Positions 10,755 to 22,502 of a stretch of 64,000 nt of DNA are shown piece after piece. The notes beneath the pieces were generated by a model. That model had not been told where the DNA came from. It saw only the letters and a list, made by a program, of their open reading frames with translations, and did no database searches. Each line of letters begins with the position of its first letter. Position 1 is the first letter of the stretch. Where the stretch lies: positions 310,001 to 374,000 of the forward strand of contig NIVC01000059.1 of assembly GCA_002269645.1 (NCBI GenBank). Reading direction: 5' to 3'. A program made the translations under genes and the position numbers. This DNA is from Macrostomum lignano (taxonomy: Eukaryota).

Positions 10755-13700
10755 TCAGAAAGCGGTCATTATGTCCGCCTCGTTGGGGCCATGTACCTCG
10801 GAATCCTTGAGTTCATTGCTACCAGCTGCTGAGCAACCCTCGGATGCGCTGGGCCTCTGTCGCAATTTCGCTGCGAGCCTTTGGCTAATGTAGATGAGCA
10901 GCTCGACCACCTCGCAGACAGTCAGAATCGAGACGCCTGACCAGAGACCCAAGGCGCCTGTAGATTGAAAAAAATCGTTTACGATTCTAAGTGGGAATTC
11001 GATTGTCTACGTCTCTACGTAGCAAACAATTCGAATTAAATTTTTGCGATCGATACCGAAGTGAAATCATAGTGTATAGGTCACTCTGAAGTAGCTTTTA
11101 CAACCCCTAGGAACTGGCCTGTACTGGACTCTATAGGTGCAAGTTTTGTTTTAGTTCTCCCGACTTGCTTCCGCTTTGAGATCGCATTGGACTGAAACTC
11201 AACGCTGCAAAAGCTTTGGGAAAATTTTCAGAAACTTTTTGACGAAGTTTCGGTGCATTTTATTGCTTTTAATTTTTACCACACCGTGATCTGATTCGAA
11301 ACGCATGCTCGTAAAATATGAACGATTTCCTCCTATGTCTGCAACGAGATTCTTGGTAGGGTAGGCCTCCTCTTCGGTGATCTCCTGACCTTCGGAGGTC
11401 CACGCCTGAACTGTCAGTCTGGCCAGGCGGTTCTGCAGCGACTCGAGCTCTTTTTCGAAGCCCAGAATGTCCTTGGCGCTCTGATTGGCAAAAGGCACCC
11501 CGGTGAGGCTAAGTGACTTCAAGTACGCTTGGTAGAAATTGGCTACACCTCTAAGACCGCTAACGCTGGTCCGGTAGCCGTAGTTGCTTGCAAGCTTCTG
11601 CAATAGCAGAGTGGATCTGGCAGTCTTCAAGTTAGGCCACGGATAAGTGACGTAACGGACACTGTAGCCGTCTGTCCGACACGGAGACTGACAGCGCTTC
11701 ATCGCCTCAAACTCGTACTGGTTTATCCGCGATACCTGCTCATTGTACCGTATCTCAAGATCGATAGACAAGTTGCCGATGTCCTTGGCGTCGAAACAGT
11801 AGCTGTACTGGTCGAATAAGTCCACCTTGACTGGCAGAATCGACGGTAAACAGTTGCAGTTTTCGATGAACTGCTGTACAATGTACGAATTGATGCAATC
11901 CTCTCTACCGGAGACGTTGAACTGTCGCTCAGTGGCAGTCAGAACGCTGGATAAACGTTAAGTTATGACCAGTGAAATATCATGCACTTTTATCTGTTCT
12001 ACGCTCGTACCTTCGATGCTAGCTAAAGCTCACGCAATTATTTCTCAAGCACTGACCTTGAACTGTTCGGCAGTAGCAGCATCGCCCGGAGTCTACTGAT
12101 CATCTCAGACCAATTCCCAGAGTGGACGACCAACTCTGCAGCTTCCTCCATTCTGAAGAATGTTTAATTCAGTTTAAAGGAGCCATTGAAACCTTCTGCT
12201 TTAATTTGCCGTAGGCAATTTTCAAGAAAATTTAATGTCACTGAAGAAAGTTACCCACTTTAGGTCTTCGTTTGACATGGATTTCTTCCATGACGGCAGT
12301 CGATATACAATTGGCTCGGTGGTCTCTAGGCACGGCCTCGATGCAGTTGAGAGTCTGGAGTATCTTTCAAACCTGAGCTGCACGTCCATGCGTTGGGAGG
12401 CGGCCACGTCGATGCCCTTGGACGACCAGGGGAACGAATCTTCCGGAACAATGATCGCCTAGGAGTGGAAGGTTGTGGTAATAGTTTTGGATTTACGTGG
12501 GGTTTCTGCACTAGACTTCTTATTTTACAATCATTTGAGACATTTGACAATTTCATTTGAATTTTTAAAAATGTTTCGCATTTTGGCACAAAATAAAAGA
12601 AACATGCTTTCTAAGTCTTTCCAAGGTAGGTTCAGTCAAGTCTGCATTGACTTTCTGGATGTAACTTTTTTGTTACCTCAGGGTTAGCTTAGCTCTCGCT
12701 TTTGAGTTTGTAGTGTACAGTTTTGTGTGTTTTTGTCTTTGACTTCAGTCATTTTTATGATTCGGTGCAAAAATTTTTAATGACTACACCTCGATCAACT
12801 TTCCTTGTGTGCCTTTACTGATTCGCAAATGATATCTCATTGTGCACTTTCACATCCGGATTGTGATTCCTCTATCAAAAACACACCGCTTACCTTGAAA
12901 GCCAGGTCGCTGATCTCCAAGCTCATACCGTTATGAAACGCACTGGTCATTTCGGGCATGTCCTCGACTGTTTTCCCTTTAGAGTCTGTGGAGTCGGTGA
13001 AGTACGTTATTGACAGCTGACTCCCTGCTAGCTGGGTGCTCGACATGTTGGCGATGAAGCTCTGCTTGAGAAACTGGTGGCACATTCCCAGCTGCGGATG
13101 GTCGATATTGACGAAGTGCTCCTTGGTGCATTTCTGGCCAGCGAAGGTGCAGTCGGCCAGGCCGATGCTGAGGTCGTTGCTGAACTGCCTGGCGAGCAGG
13201 TGGCTGCCGACCGAGTCAGTGAAGACGCCTCTGACGCTGGTTTCAGCAGCTGAAATTTTTGTGCCGACAGGCAATGCGTGAAGCTCAGAATTTATAGTTT
13301 TAACAACTTTTAGGCTCCGACTTACAACAAGTAGGAATTGTGCAGCGTTCGAATGCCATCTCAAAAAACTGAGTTTGAAAAATTGGTACCGACATTGTGT
13401 GCAGCAGAGATGGATCGGCAAAGCAGACGGGAGAATTGGAGATTAACACTGGGTGCCGTCTGAAAGTGATGTTAAAAATGAGATGCAGTCGTTCTACAGC
13501 TGCTTGCAAAAAATGAGGCTAGTGAAACTCACGTGAAGGTGCCGTTCTCAGTTTCCGCTAGGTCAATAACTATGCTCACTGGACGACAAAAGTTGTCGCT
13601 GGTGTTCCCAATACGGTCGGGGGTTTGAATCTTTAGTCGCAGCAGTTTTTCAACAAAGCGAACACCTGAAATGCAATATTTATCAACTATAGTTCGGCGC

Positions 13701-16614
13701 ATTGGGTTCACTTCACGTGCATGTTGATTTAAAAACATCCATTCAGACGAATGAAAAGTTGCTGTTTTAAGATAGTGGGTGTGTGCTTTCTTGCTAATAA
13801 GATCGTAGCTAGATAGTCTTACTCCATCCACTCCCTAGGTGTGAAACTAAAACGGATACCAAAAATAGCACCAGCAAATCACTTGAACAATCGGCCTTCA
13901 AAATGTTTCTTTCCCTAGTTCGTTAGTGCCATTTTTGGTTTGCTAGTTTCCAACCGAGTACAAAAAATTGAAGAAATTGTTTTCCCTAGCAGAGATTAGA
14001 AAGTTCAGAAACGTACAAACCTTTATTGAGTTTCATCTTCATCTGCACGTTCTCCACGCTACTCCAAGGCAAACAGTCCCGGCCCGACTCTGTCCAGTTC
14101 GTCCGACCAGTGTACACCACATTCGCTCCGGCATTTTTGCTCACGGCGCAGTCGAACTCTTTAGTAGCGGCTGTAATGTGCTGCGTTAGTTTGTTAGATA
14201 AATCGCAACAGGCCACCCGCAGAGAATCGCCTAAGCTACCGAAGTTTCTTTCACCAGCCCTAAATTGATGTCTCAGTGAACGGAATGAATACTAGCTTCT
14301 TCGACTGCTTTGGCTGTAATCAACACCATTGACTCACCGCAGTAAGGGACGTCGCACAAGCCAGCGTTTAGTCTTTCAGAGTCCATGAAGAAGCAGTAGG
14401 GTCCGCCTGAATAAGCTTCCAATTGACCAAACCTTCCAATATGCATTGGTTTGTCTTCTAAAAGAAGTCACGGATTAAAGCTGATGGAGAAACTAATTAG
14501 CTTTATTAATTAGAGTATATTCAGCACACAAACCAACATCCCGGATGATCATAACAGCAGCGGTCCTGTCTGATCCGCATGGCTCCGTTTTGCTGTTGCC
14601 GCACTGCCTGTCGCAGCTGGTCCAGCTCCCGTCGGCCAGAGTGGCAGCGGCCTCGGAGCTGCCGCAGAGGCAGTCGCCGCGGTTCAGCAGCGCTGCAAAC
14701 GGAGCGTTGAACTTGTCGCAGCACTGGGCGCACGGCTCAAAGGCCTCCAGGCCTCCGCTGTAGCACGTGATGTTGAAAGCCGTGTCCGCTGTCACTGGGA
14801 AGCAGCCAATTATTTCCCGTCTGGGTCCTGTGTGAGCGCATGGAGTGCGTCAGTTCAAGAGTGAGAGAGTCAGTCAGTCAGTCAGTCAGTCAGTCAGTCA
14901 GTCAGTCAGTCAGTCAGTCAGTCAGTCAGTCAGTCAGCCAGTCAGTCAGTCAGTCAGTCAGTCAGTCAGTCAGTCAGTCAGCCAGTCAGTCAGTCAGTCA
15001 GTCAGTCAGTCAGTCAGTCAGTCAGTCAGTCAGTCAGCCAGTCAGTCAGCCAGTCAGTCAGTCAGTCAGTCAGTCAGTCAGTCAGTCAGTCAGTCAGTCA
15101 GTCAGTCAGTCAGTCAGTCAGTCAGTCAGTCAGTCAGTCAGTCAGTCAGTCAGTCAGTCAGTCAGTCAGTCAGTCAGTCAGTCAGTCAGTCAGTCAGTCA
15201 GTCAGTCAGTCAGTCAGTCAGTCAGTCAGTCAGTCAGTCAGTCAGTCAGTCAGTCAGTCAGTCAGTCAGTCAGTCAGTCAGTCAGTCAGTCAGTCAGTCA
15301 GTCAGTCAGTCAGTCAGTCAGTCAGTCAGTCAGTCAGTCAGTCAGTCAGTCAGTCAGTCACTCACTCACTCATTCACTCGCTAAGTCAGTCACTTACGAG
15401 TTGCAATTGGGAGAAACTCTGTCAGCGGCAAACCCGGAGGTAAGCGGCACCTGGACTCAGTCTCTGAGAAGTTGAGTTTCATCAGCAAGCCACCCAGTAC
15501 TTCAGCATTCGAGCTCCCTCTCTGCAGCATGCGTGCTGCATCATTCCATCGCATGCACTGCTTGTAGATCACGTAGGGCTGTACAGGTGGCTTAACCGAA
15601 TAGTTTCCAAGTGTTTTTGAATCGGAAGGATCAATCGTAATACTAGATGGCCCATAGACAACTGCATAGCTTGCGTTTCCAAGGTAGTTACTTCCGTCGA
15701 GACTTCTCCTACAGTCGGAGCTTTTATTTTTTGCTGCAAAAAATTGTTTTGACTCGCATTTTTGCGGGAAAATCTATTTTCACGCATTTATAATGCTGGA
15801 AATACATCGCTTAAAATTAATTTCAAGAATTTATAGTCACTGCTGAGTTCGTCTCGTAGAAAAGCAGCTGTAAGTACGAGTTATTCAATGTATAAACCGA
15901 CTTTTAGTCTCAGTACTGTAGCTTCTACCGGGGTTATGGGGATCTTTAGATGCTTACAGTCTTGCAGGTGCCAAGTGGATATCTAAGCTTAGTCGTGGAG
16001 GTGTCAGGTCGATCTCTAAAGCTAAGTAAATCTCGAAGGACCCGAGGTGAAGCTTAACTACACAAATTCGCAGGTTGTAGAAGGAAGCAAACATAAATTT
16101 AGAACTTTCAAGGCAGCTTACACTTTACTAGCAGTTTCAGTTGGCTCATCACGGCTGATTCAGTTTGCTCCAATGCAATCAAAAACGCTTGCGTCGGCTT
16201 GTTAAAAAAAATAGTTTCCGATTTAGACAAATCAAAGTCGTAAAGTTTGATTTTTTCGCTTGTGTTACTCTTAGAGCCGAGCTCTACATTGTAAATATCC
16301 GATGTCGACAGCATCGGAACAATTCTACTCATGGTGACGGCGTGAGTCGGGCAGATGTACACATCCGGGAACTGGTACGGCAGAGTGGACACCGTTATTG
16401 TTGTTAACACCGGAGCCTGCTGGTACCTGTCGAACAGGGTGTACAGGTGGTAGCCGAACCCGCTGTAGGTAGCCAGCAGAAAAGTGAGCCATAGTGACCT
16501 GCCGATGAAGCTGGACTGCTCAGAGAATCTGCCCAGTCCGTGAGCACTTGTGTAGCTGCAGAACTGCTTGACAGGTGAGCTCAGCTCATGCTGGTCAGCG
16601 GGTTCGCTGCTCAT
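10755..16614 (-). CDS. DEG/ENaC (FaNaC-like) channel subunit with kringle[WSC]-kringle ectodomain insert, copy A (~1035 aa; final splice donor anomalous)
   Basis: Exons 16614-16122, 15733-15398, 14827-14534, 14457-14338, 14230-14021, 13665-13580, 13518-13326, 13249-12894, 12458-12259, 11946-11330, 10957-10755 (3108 nt). Motifs: FCSYTSAHG, TM1, FPDVYICP, GMCHQF, thumb CNC, LVADIGG-ALGLWSGVSILTVCE TM2. Confidence 0.88.
14868..15362. repeat. (CAGT)n microsatellite in channel A intron 2
   Basis: ~120 tandem units. It explains the SQSV ORFs. Confidence 0.98.
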
Positions 16615-19127
16615 CGCTGGGGTTCGTCTGGGATGCAGCTAAAATGGAAGCTAGTATTATCTTTCTGTCTATATAGCCTATTTGCTGAGCTGCTGAGCTC
16701 CCTATATAGCCTATGGCTGCCAACTTTGTGTTCTCTCCCGTTAGGTGTAGCAGGCTCCCCAGTAAGTCAGCAATGGATTTGGTCCAGCCAGTGGCTGCAA
16801 AGTTATTTAATTATTTATTTTTATTCCGCAAAATATTTTAGCTAATTAGCCACATCAATAGTCATCAATCAAGTCATTATATATCGACTATTTCAAGCCG
16901 GATCAGTGAGTAGTTGACTAATAAAATCTACTGACTTTGAAGTTGTCCGGCGGGGGGGGGCTTTTGATACTACAGCAGATCAGAGTGACTAATAGACCCG
17001 CAGTCAGCTAAAACCCAAGCTGTCATGCATGCCATTACATGACCCTGAGACCGCTCAAGCATACGGATGCATACACAGCGGCCCTGTCTTTCTTCTTTGC
17101 ACGAAAATTGCTAGAAAAAGTGGCAATAACCATAACATGCAATCACTCTTACTGCAGCAACGGGATCGCAAGCCAAATGTCGTATAAGGCTTAACTACAT
17201 TGAACTACATTGAGTCGTAGGATGAAAAGTCGAGGGCGATTCTCTGCGGGTAGGGGGGGGGGAGTTGAGGAGGCGATTCTCTGCGGGTAGGGGGGTCGAT
17301 GGTGATTCTTTCGGTGGGGTTTCACTTGGACAGGTACTGACAAGTGTCACAGCAGGCAGTTGTTGTGCACCCGGCTTACTTTCTCACCGTCGGAAATTTG
17401 CTACACGTAAAAGTTCTACGTCACCTATACTGGCTGAATGCATGTCAAGGACTTCTAATCTAAAGCTTTCTAATTTGTCTATGGCAAAACCTCATTCAGC
17501 GCAATGCATTTAAAAGAAAAGAAGACAGTTGCATTTGAAACAACACAACAGTATTTTGATCGTTTTCGCTCTTCAGTACTTTAGCTTTTTGCAGTTCATT
17601 TGGGTTTACGCGCATTTATTGCAACTTAATCTAAGATGATTGTTACACAATTGCAATGTCGAAAAGCGTGCATTAAATCCTATAGTCTATGGTGACTCCC
17701 CATCTCACGCCAACCAAAAAGCAGAGGACCAAAGGAGAGGACCAAAAAGTCCTCTGCTGCACGCAGTGTGAAGTCTATCGTCATTGATGGTCCTAAAATT
17801 AAAATCCTGATTAAGTAAGTACGTGCAGACTTTTTTGAAGCATGGAAGCTATTGAGAAGAAGCATGAGTTATGCGTTATTCGTTTTCTGTTTTTCTCGTT
17901 TTCTATCAAATACACATTAATTGTTTATTAGTCTATGGTACACCCGGTCTTTCCCGAAACCATTAAATCATTTAATGGGCTCCGTTTGAAGACCATTGTA
18001 ATTATACTTTTACCCAGACGCAATGAAAAAATATTTTGGCCATTATTCCACAGTTTTGATGTGTACCATAGACATTTGGATTGAAAAAATCCATCGCTCA
18101 GTATTTTTGTTAATAAATACAGAACAACAAGAAGTAAATGAACAAAAAGGAAAAATAATTAAAACTAAAGTACCAGCTACACGAAAAGAGTTAATAATAA
18201 ATGTCACAGCTAGTGCAGTTCATCAGTTTGTAGTCGAATTTGACAATGTAAAAATCAATTTGTCACCCAAAGTGAAACATGCACAGTTCTCAAAGCCGCA
18301 GTTTCCAAAGATGCTCGACACTTTAACCTGATGATTTGGCACTGCAAAAGGAGTTGGTCTATGTTGAATGTTTTCTATGAAAGAGAAATACAGGTGCTCA
18401 AGTATAGTTGCCGAACTTACCATTTGAAAGATGCACATCTTGGTTAAGTTGGCATGCGACTGATGAGCTTCGTCTGATGAGCTTCTTTGGTACCGCAGTA
18501 TCCAAGCTGGGATTCTTTGGGACTGTCGGCTGCTCGACTGAATCGATTGGCCGCTTTCAGGCATCGTTTATAGCCGTCGAGGCGTTGAAGACTGCATGGT
18601 CGCGTTTTCTTCCTAGGTAGCGCCGCACGGTTCGTTCAGTCGTCGACAGGAAGATTTTTTCAATTAATAAGCGCGGCTGTTTGACGAGATGCACTATAGC
18701 CATAGTTGTTTGACAAGACAAATAACTTTTTCTCCACACTACTCGCTTTCCTGATTTCTTGCAAGAAGCAAGCAAATCAGCACTCATCACAGTGTTGTCT
18801 ATGGTCAAACTAAGCCACACAACTCAGTCGTCTATGGGTAAAACAACTCTTAAAACAGCCAATTGAAGCATGATAAAAAGTATGGAATAATGACCGCGAC
18901 AAAAGTGTGGAGTAATGGCCGCAAAAGTGTGGAACAATGACTGCGCGCTGAGTGAAAGTATAGATACAATGCACTTGTATAGTATGCAACTTCGTTGAAT
19001 AATGGCCATAGACACTCGTGCGCTACGATACTATACAATACTACCATTAAATGATTTATTGGTCCCGGTATAGAAGTATTTGTACCATAGACTATTGATT
19101 CCTTGCTGCGAGGGCGCCCATTAAAGG

Positions 19128-20517
19128 TCAATAAAATAAGCAATTGGATTTTATATGATAAAAGCGTGCATTAAATGTATAATCATTTGTTAACCATGTC
19201 GTAGTATTTCGCAGAAACATTAGATAGCGCTCTACCGTTCGTGTGCTTTTTTTGCCGGTGATCTTGCAAATGTCAGCATTTAAGAAGCTATCATCGGCGA
19301 GTTCTTTCACAACTGTTGGACGCACGCAGTGGGCGGTGTACCGACGACTAAGTCCAGCAGCTTGTGAAATGGTCGACATGAGACTCGCCAAGGTGTTGAC
19401 ACCGACAGGCTGTTTAGCACAGTACCAATTAGACGTTTTCCAGTTGGAAACTTTTGGCTTCAAAAAGAAAGGCGTGCCTGGAGCAGCACCAGAGCTGCTG
19501 CTAGAAATCGACTCGCTTTGCTTACGTAGATACATTTTTAGTGCCTCGACTGGGCACTTTTCTGCGATTGAGACCATCACCGCGTTCTTGTAGTCATCGC
19601 ACGCTTCTCGGTTGAGGCTGTTGCCTACATTCTTAACTTTGCCAAGCCTAAGCTGCACAACCTCCGCTCCGTCGGGCCTCTTCTCAAAGATAAAGCTGTT
19701 CTCACTGAGTCAGCGAAGCCACTCGCGTCCCCGATTTCCAAAGTAATAGATGCAGTTGTAATAAACTTCGTGCAACAACGCCGTCGGATTTTCTCTGCTG
19801 AAGTAAGCGGCCAGTTTGCGCAAATCGTCCTCCTCCAGGTCTTCAAAATGTTTAGATCTGCCACCTGCACTGATGAAACTACGAGCCAGTGCTTTCAAGG
19901 TCGCATTGGCATTAGAGAACTCTCTGTCGGAAATGATATTCATTCGCCTGGTCTTCATCAGATGTCGGTACAATGCCGCTCGCATACAAATCAGAGTAGA
20001 CGATGCCGGAAGGTTGCCGTCACGCTTCCTGAAGGTTCCATAGAACAACCGTAGTGCAGATGCAATGGCCTCAGCGGAATTGGTTTGCAGATCGACACGG
20101 GCCTAAAAAGTTACGACGTTCAAAAGCAATACAAGAATTGACGAAAAGACCTATAGAAAATCTGAATTCAAAGCATGTAGAATACAAAGATTAACTGAAA
20201 CCACAGGATATCTGATTTCGAAGCAACTAACCTCGGGATGTTCATCCATGAACGTGTTCAGCTTTTTTTACATAACATTCGGCTTGCTGTCTGCTACTGG
20301 CGTTCTCTGCTGAGCGTTCCAACTCGGAAATCGCAGCCTCCAGCCTGTTTAAATCAGGCTCGGTGCTCATCAGCTCCTCCAGCATGGCGTCATCGATATC
20401 TTCGGGCAAAGCATAGTTGGTGTCCAGCGGTCCATTATCAAGCTCCTCCTGCGTCCGATCGCGAGCATGTTGTTCGAGTGTTTTATCCGACTCGACAGAG
20501 GACGGGCCGCTAACCAT
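19128..20517 (-). pseudogene. Crypton-type tyrosine recombinase (DUF3504-like), disrupted
   Basis: FYGTFRKRDG...GNRGRE...CPVEALKMYL...PVGVNTL...YTAHCVR...TGKKS...ERY matches the YR catalytic layout. Intron at 20231-20103. Lesions: in-frame TGA at 19712-19710 and a +1 frameshift in an A7 run near 20265. The usual TGH is TGK. Confidence 0.85.
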
Positions 20518-20550
20518 CTCGTTGGGAAATCTAAGTATTGAATCCTATAT

Positions 20551-21349
20551 TTGCCAATGTAACGGAGCTTTTGTCTATGGCAGCAAGGCTGGCAGAGTGG
20601 CATTTAATTTGGCAGAGATCGCCTTCTACGGGGTGTCAATCGCCAAGGCAAGTTGTTCGAGAGCCTCTGATCCAAATGCTACTCGATGCAGTTGAAATGA
20701 ATCCTTTGTTGACGTTGTAGAAGTGCAGCAGAAGTTGAAGGAACAGTTCCAGTTGGTCATCAGATTTCGACTCCTCAGCAGAGCTCTGGAAAAGCGACTG
20801 AAAATTGTTGGTAGAGACGCTGACATTCCAACGGTACGCAACAACCCACAGACGCTTGAGAGGGGGCAAGAATTTGCCGAATGGCTCACAGGCGTTTGGA
20901 TCATAGATCTTATATTCCCTAGATAAGCCACTTTGTATGGCGGTAATAGGGAAAGTGCGACCGCTGTTTTTCGTCACTTGTGCCAAAAATGACATGCATG
21001 GGTTGCTTAAATTTTGAGTTCAGTAGCTTAGGGACATAGACGCAATTTTTTGAGAATGTGATAAAACTTTTGATGAATTAAATAAAGAGCTACTTAATCA
21101 AATTAGGAATGGTGCATGCACTGCAGATACTACTGACGAATTTGAGTTCAGTAGTTGATTTTCGCGCTGTCGCGAGATGCAAATTTTTTTACATTAGCTT
21201 CTATGGCCACATAAGCGGCTAATGAGTGGCCCATCTTGTGTATATATGATCTTTGGTTTAGTTTAGACCAAATTGGTGCTTGTTGGACCAAATTAGATGC
21301 CGATGTGCCAGCCTTGCTACCGTAGACAAAAGCTCCATTACATTGGCAA
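20551..21349. repeat. ~62-bp imperfect inverted repeats (20551-20612 / 21288-21349) bounding an ~800-bp segment
   Basis: TTGCCAATGTAACGGAGCTTTTGTCTATGGCAGCAAGGCTGGCA pairs with TGCCAGCCTTGCTACCGTAGACAAAAGCTCCATTACATTGGCAA; no TSD seen. Confidence 0.8.
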
Positions 21350-21409
21350 CGGGCTGCAAAAGCTATTATTTTTCTAACTTTTTATAGACAAACTTGTATA
21401 AATTGTAAG

Positions 21410-22100
21410 TGGAAGGCAGCGAAAACCAGTCTCTATAAAAAAAGTTTACTATGCTCTTAGCTTTGAGTTGGTATCATGAGTTCAGGAATTTTGAACGATC
21501 TAAAATGAATTTGAGCTGGTGAAGTATCAAGCTTGTACCCCCACGTTTTCAGCTTTTGGAAGCGCCTCAATTTTATTAATTGGCTAAAAGTTGCAGCAAA
21601 ACTCAGCCAAAGAGCTCTCTTGCCAGTTCATATTACTGATTTCCCTGAATCCATCCATGAAGGATCCGGATTTAATCGGACGACCAGCACCGGACAAATG
21701 GCGTTTTCTATCTTTCTACACTTTGCTATGCTGTACACTCGGTGTAGTATTTGCAGCAATACTGAAAAAGGGCGGCACAAAAGTGCAGAAGCGCATGCAC
21801 GTCGTCATCGTTCGATGTGAAGGCTATGAAATTTCAGGGACTACTAAAGCTTTTAAAGCTCAATTTGGAATGGAAACCAAACCGCCAAGGGCGGGATATC
21901 GCAATTTCCCGCTGGCATAGAGATCGGCATAAAACGTAAAAGTATAAAACCTGAAAACGTCACTTACTCTGTTAAATCAATGTCTTTTTATGATTGGCTT
22001 TCAATCCAGTAAAGTTCTAGTAGGACTTGCCTGTTACCCTTCCTGCCAAACGTAGGATATTCGATTCACGATGTCCTGAAAGGGCAGGGCGGAGGAAAAT
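21410..22100. repeat. Diverged dispersed repeat of unknown class; inverted homolog at ~33600-33040 continuing at ~31260-31190
   Basis: Colinear matching blocks, e.g. TGGCTTTCAATCCAGTAAAGTTCTAG vs the reverse complement of ~33045-33070, and CTTTCTACACTTTGCTATG. Confidence 0.7.
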
Positions 22101-22502
22101 TTCTATCTAAAAAATGTCTGAAATGAACGCGCGCAAAGCAAAGTGTACAGAGCCCATGCTGCTTCCGCACTGCACACCAAGTCCGATGACAGCAAAATTA
22201 GATTTCAAAAACACCATCACCAAAGCGAGTTAAATGTCTGCCTGCTGGCATATTGATGCAGCTCAGAAAAAAATCCATCTACCGATCATTCACCATCCAC
22301 CGTTTCACTGACGGGGAATCCGCAAACAGATGCTCCGCCAACGATCGGATCAGACTGCATGCACTTTTACACGGCTTTTTGCTGGCCAATAACTGGCTGG
22401 CTGGCTGATCAGCAAACGCATAAATGCAGCAGTGCCTCAATTGAAATGCTTCCAATGCTTCAAATCCTGCTCAGCATCAGATAGTCACCAACCAGCCCAA
22501 CG

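Noticed and set aside
17235-17288. GGCGATTCTCTGCGGGT, twice in the spacer, identical to the start of channel exon 5
   Set aside because: One 17-mer match between some pair of sites in 64 kb is roughly expected by chance, and there is no extension.
20626-20995. Overlapping 100-120 aa ORFs inside the IR cassette as an independent gene
   Set aside because: No recognisable motif; cannot be distinguished from decayed recombinase 5' sequence.
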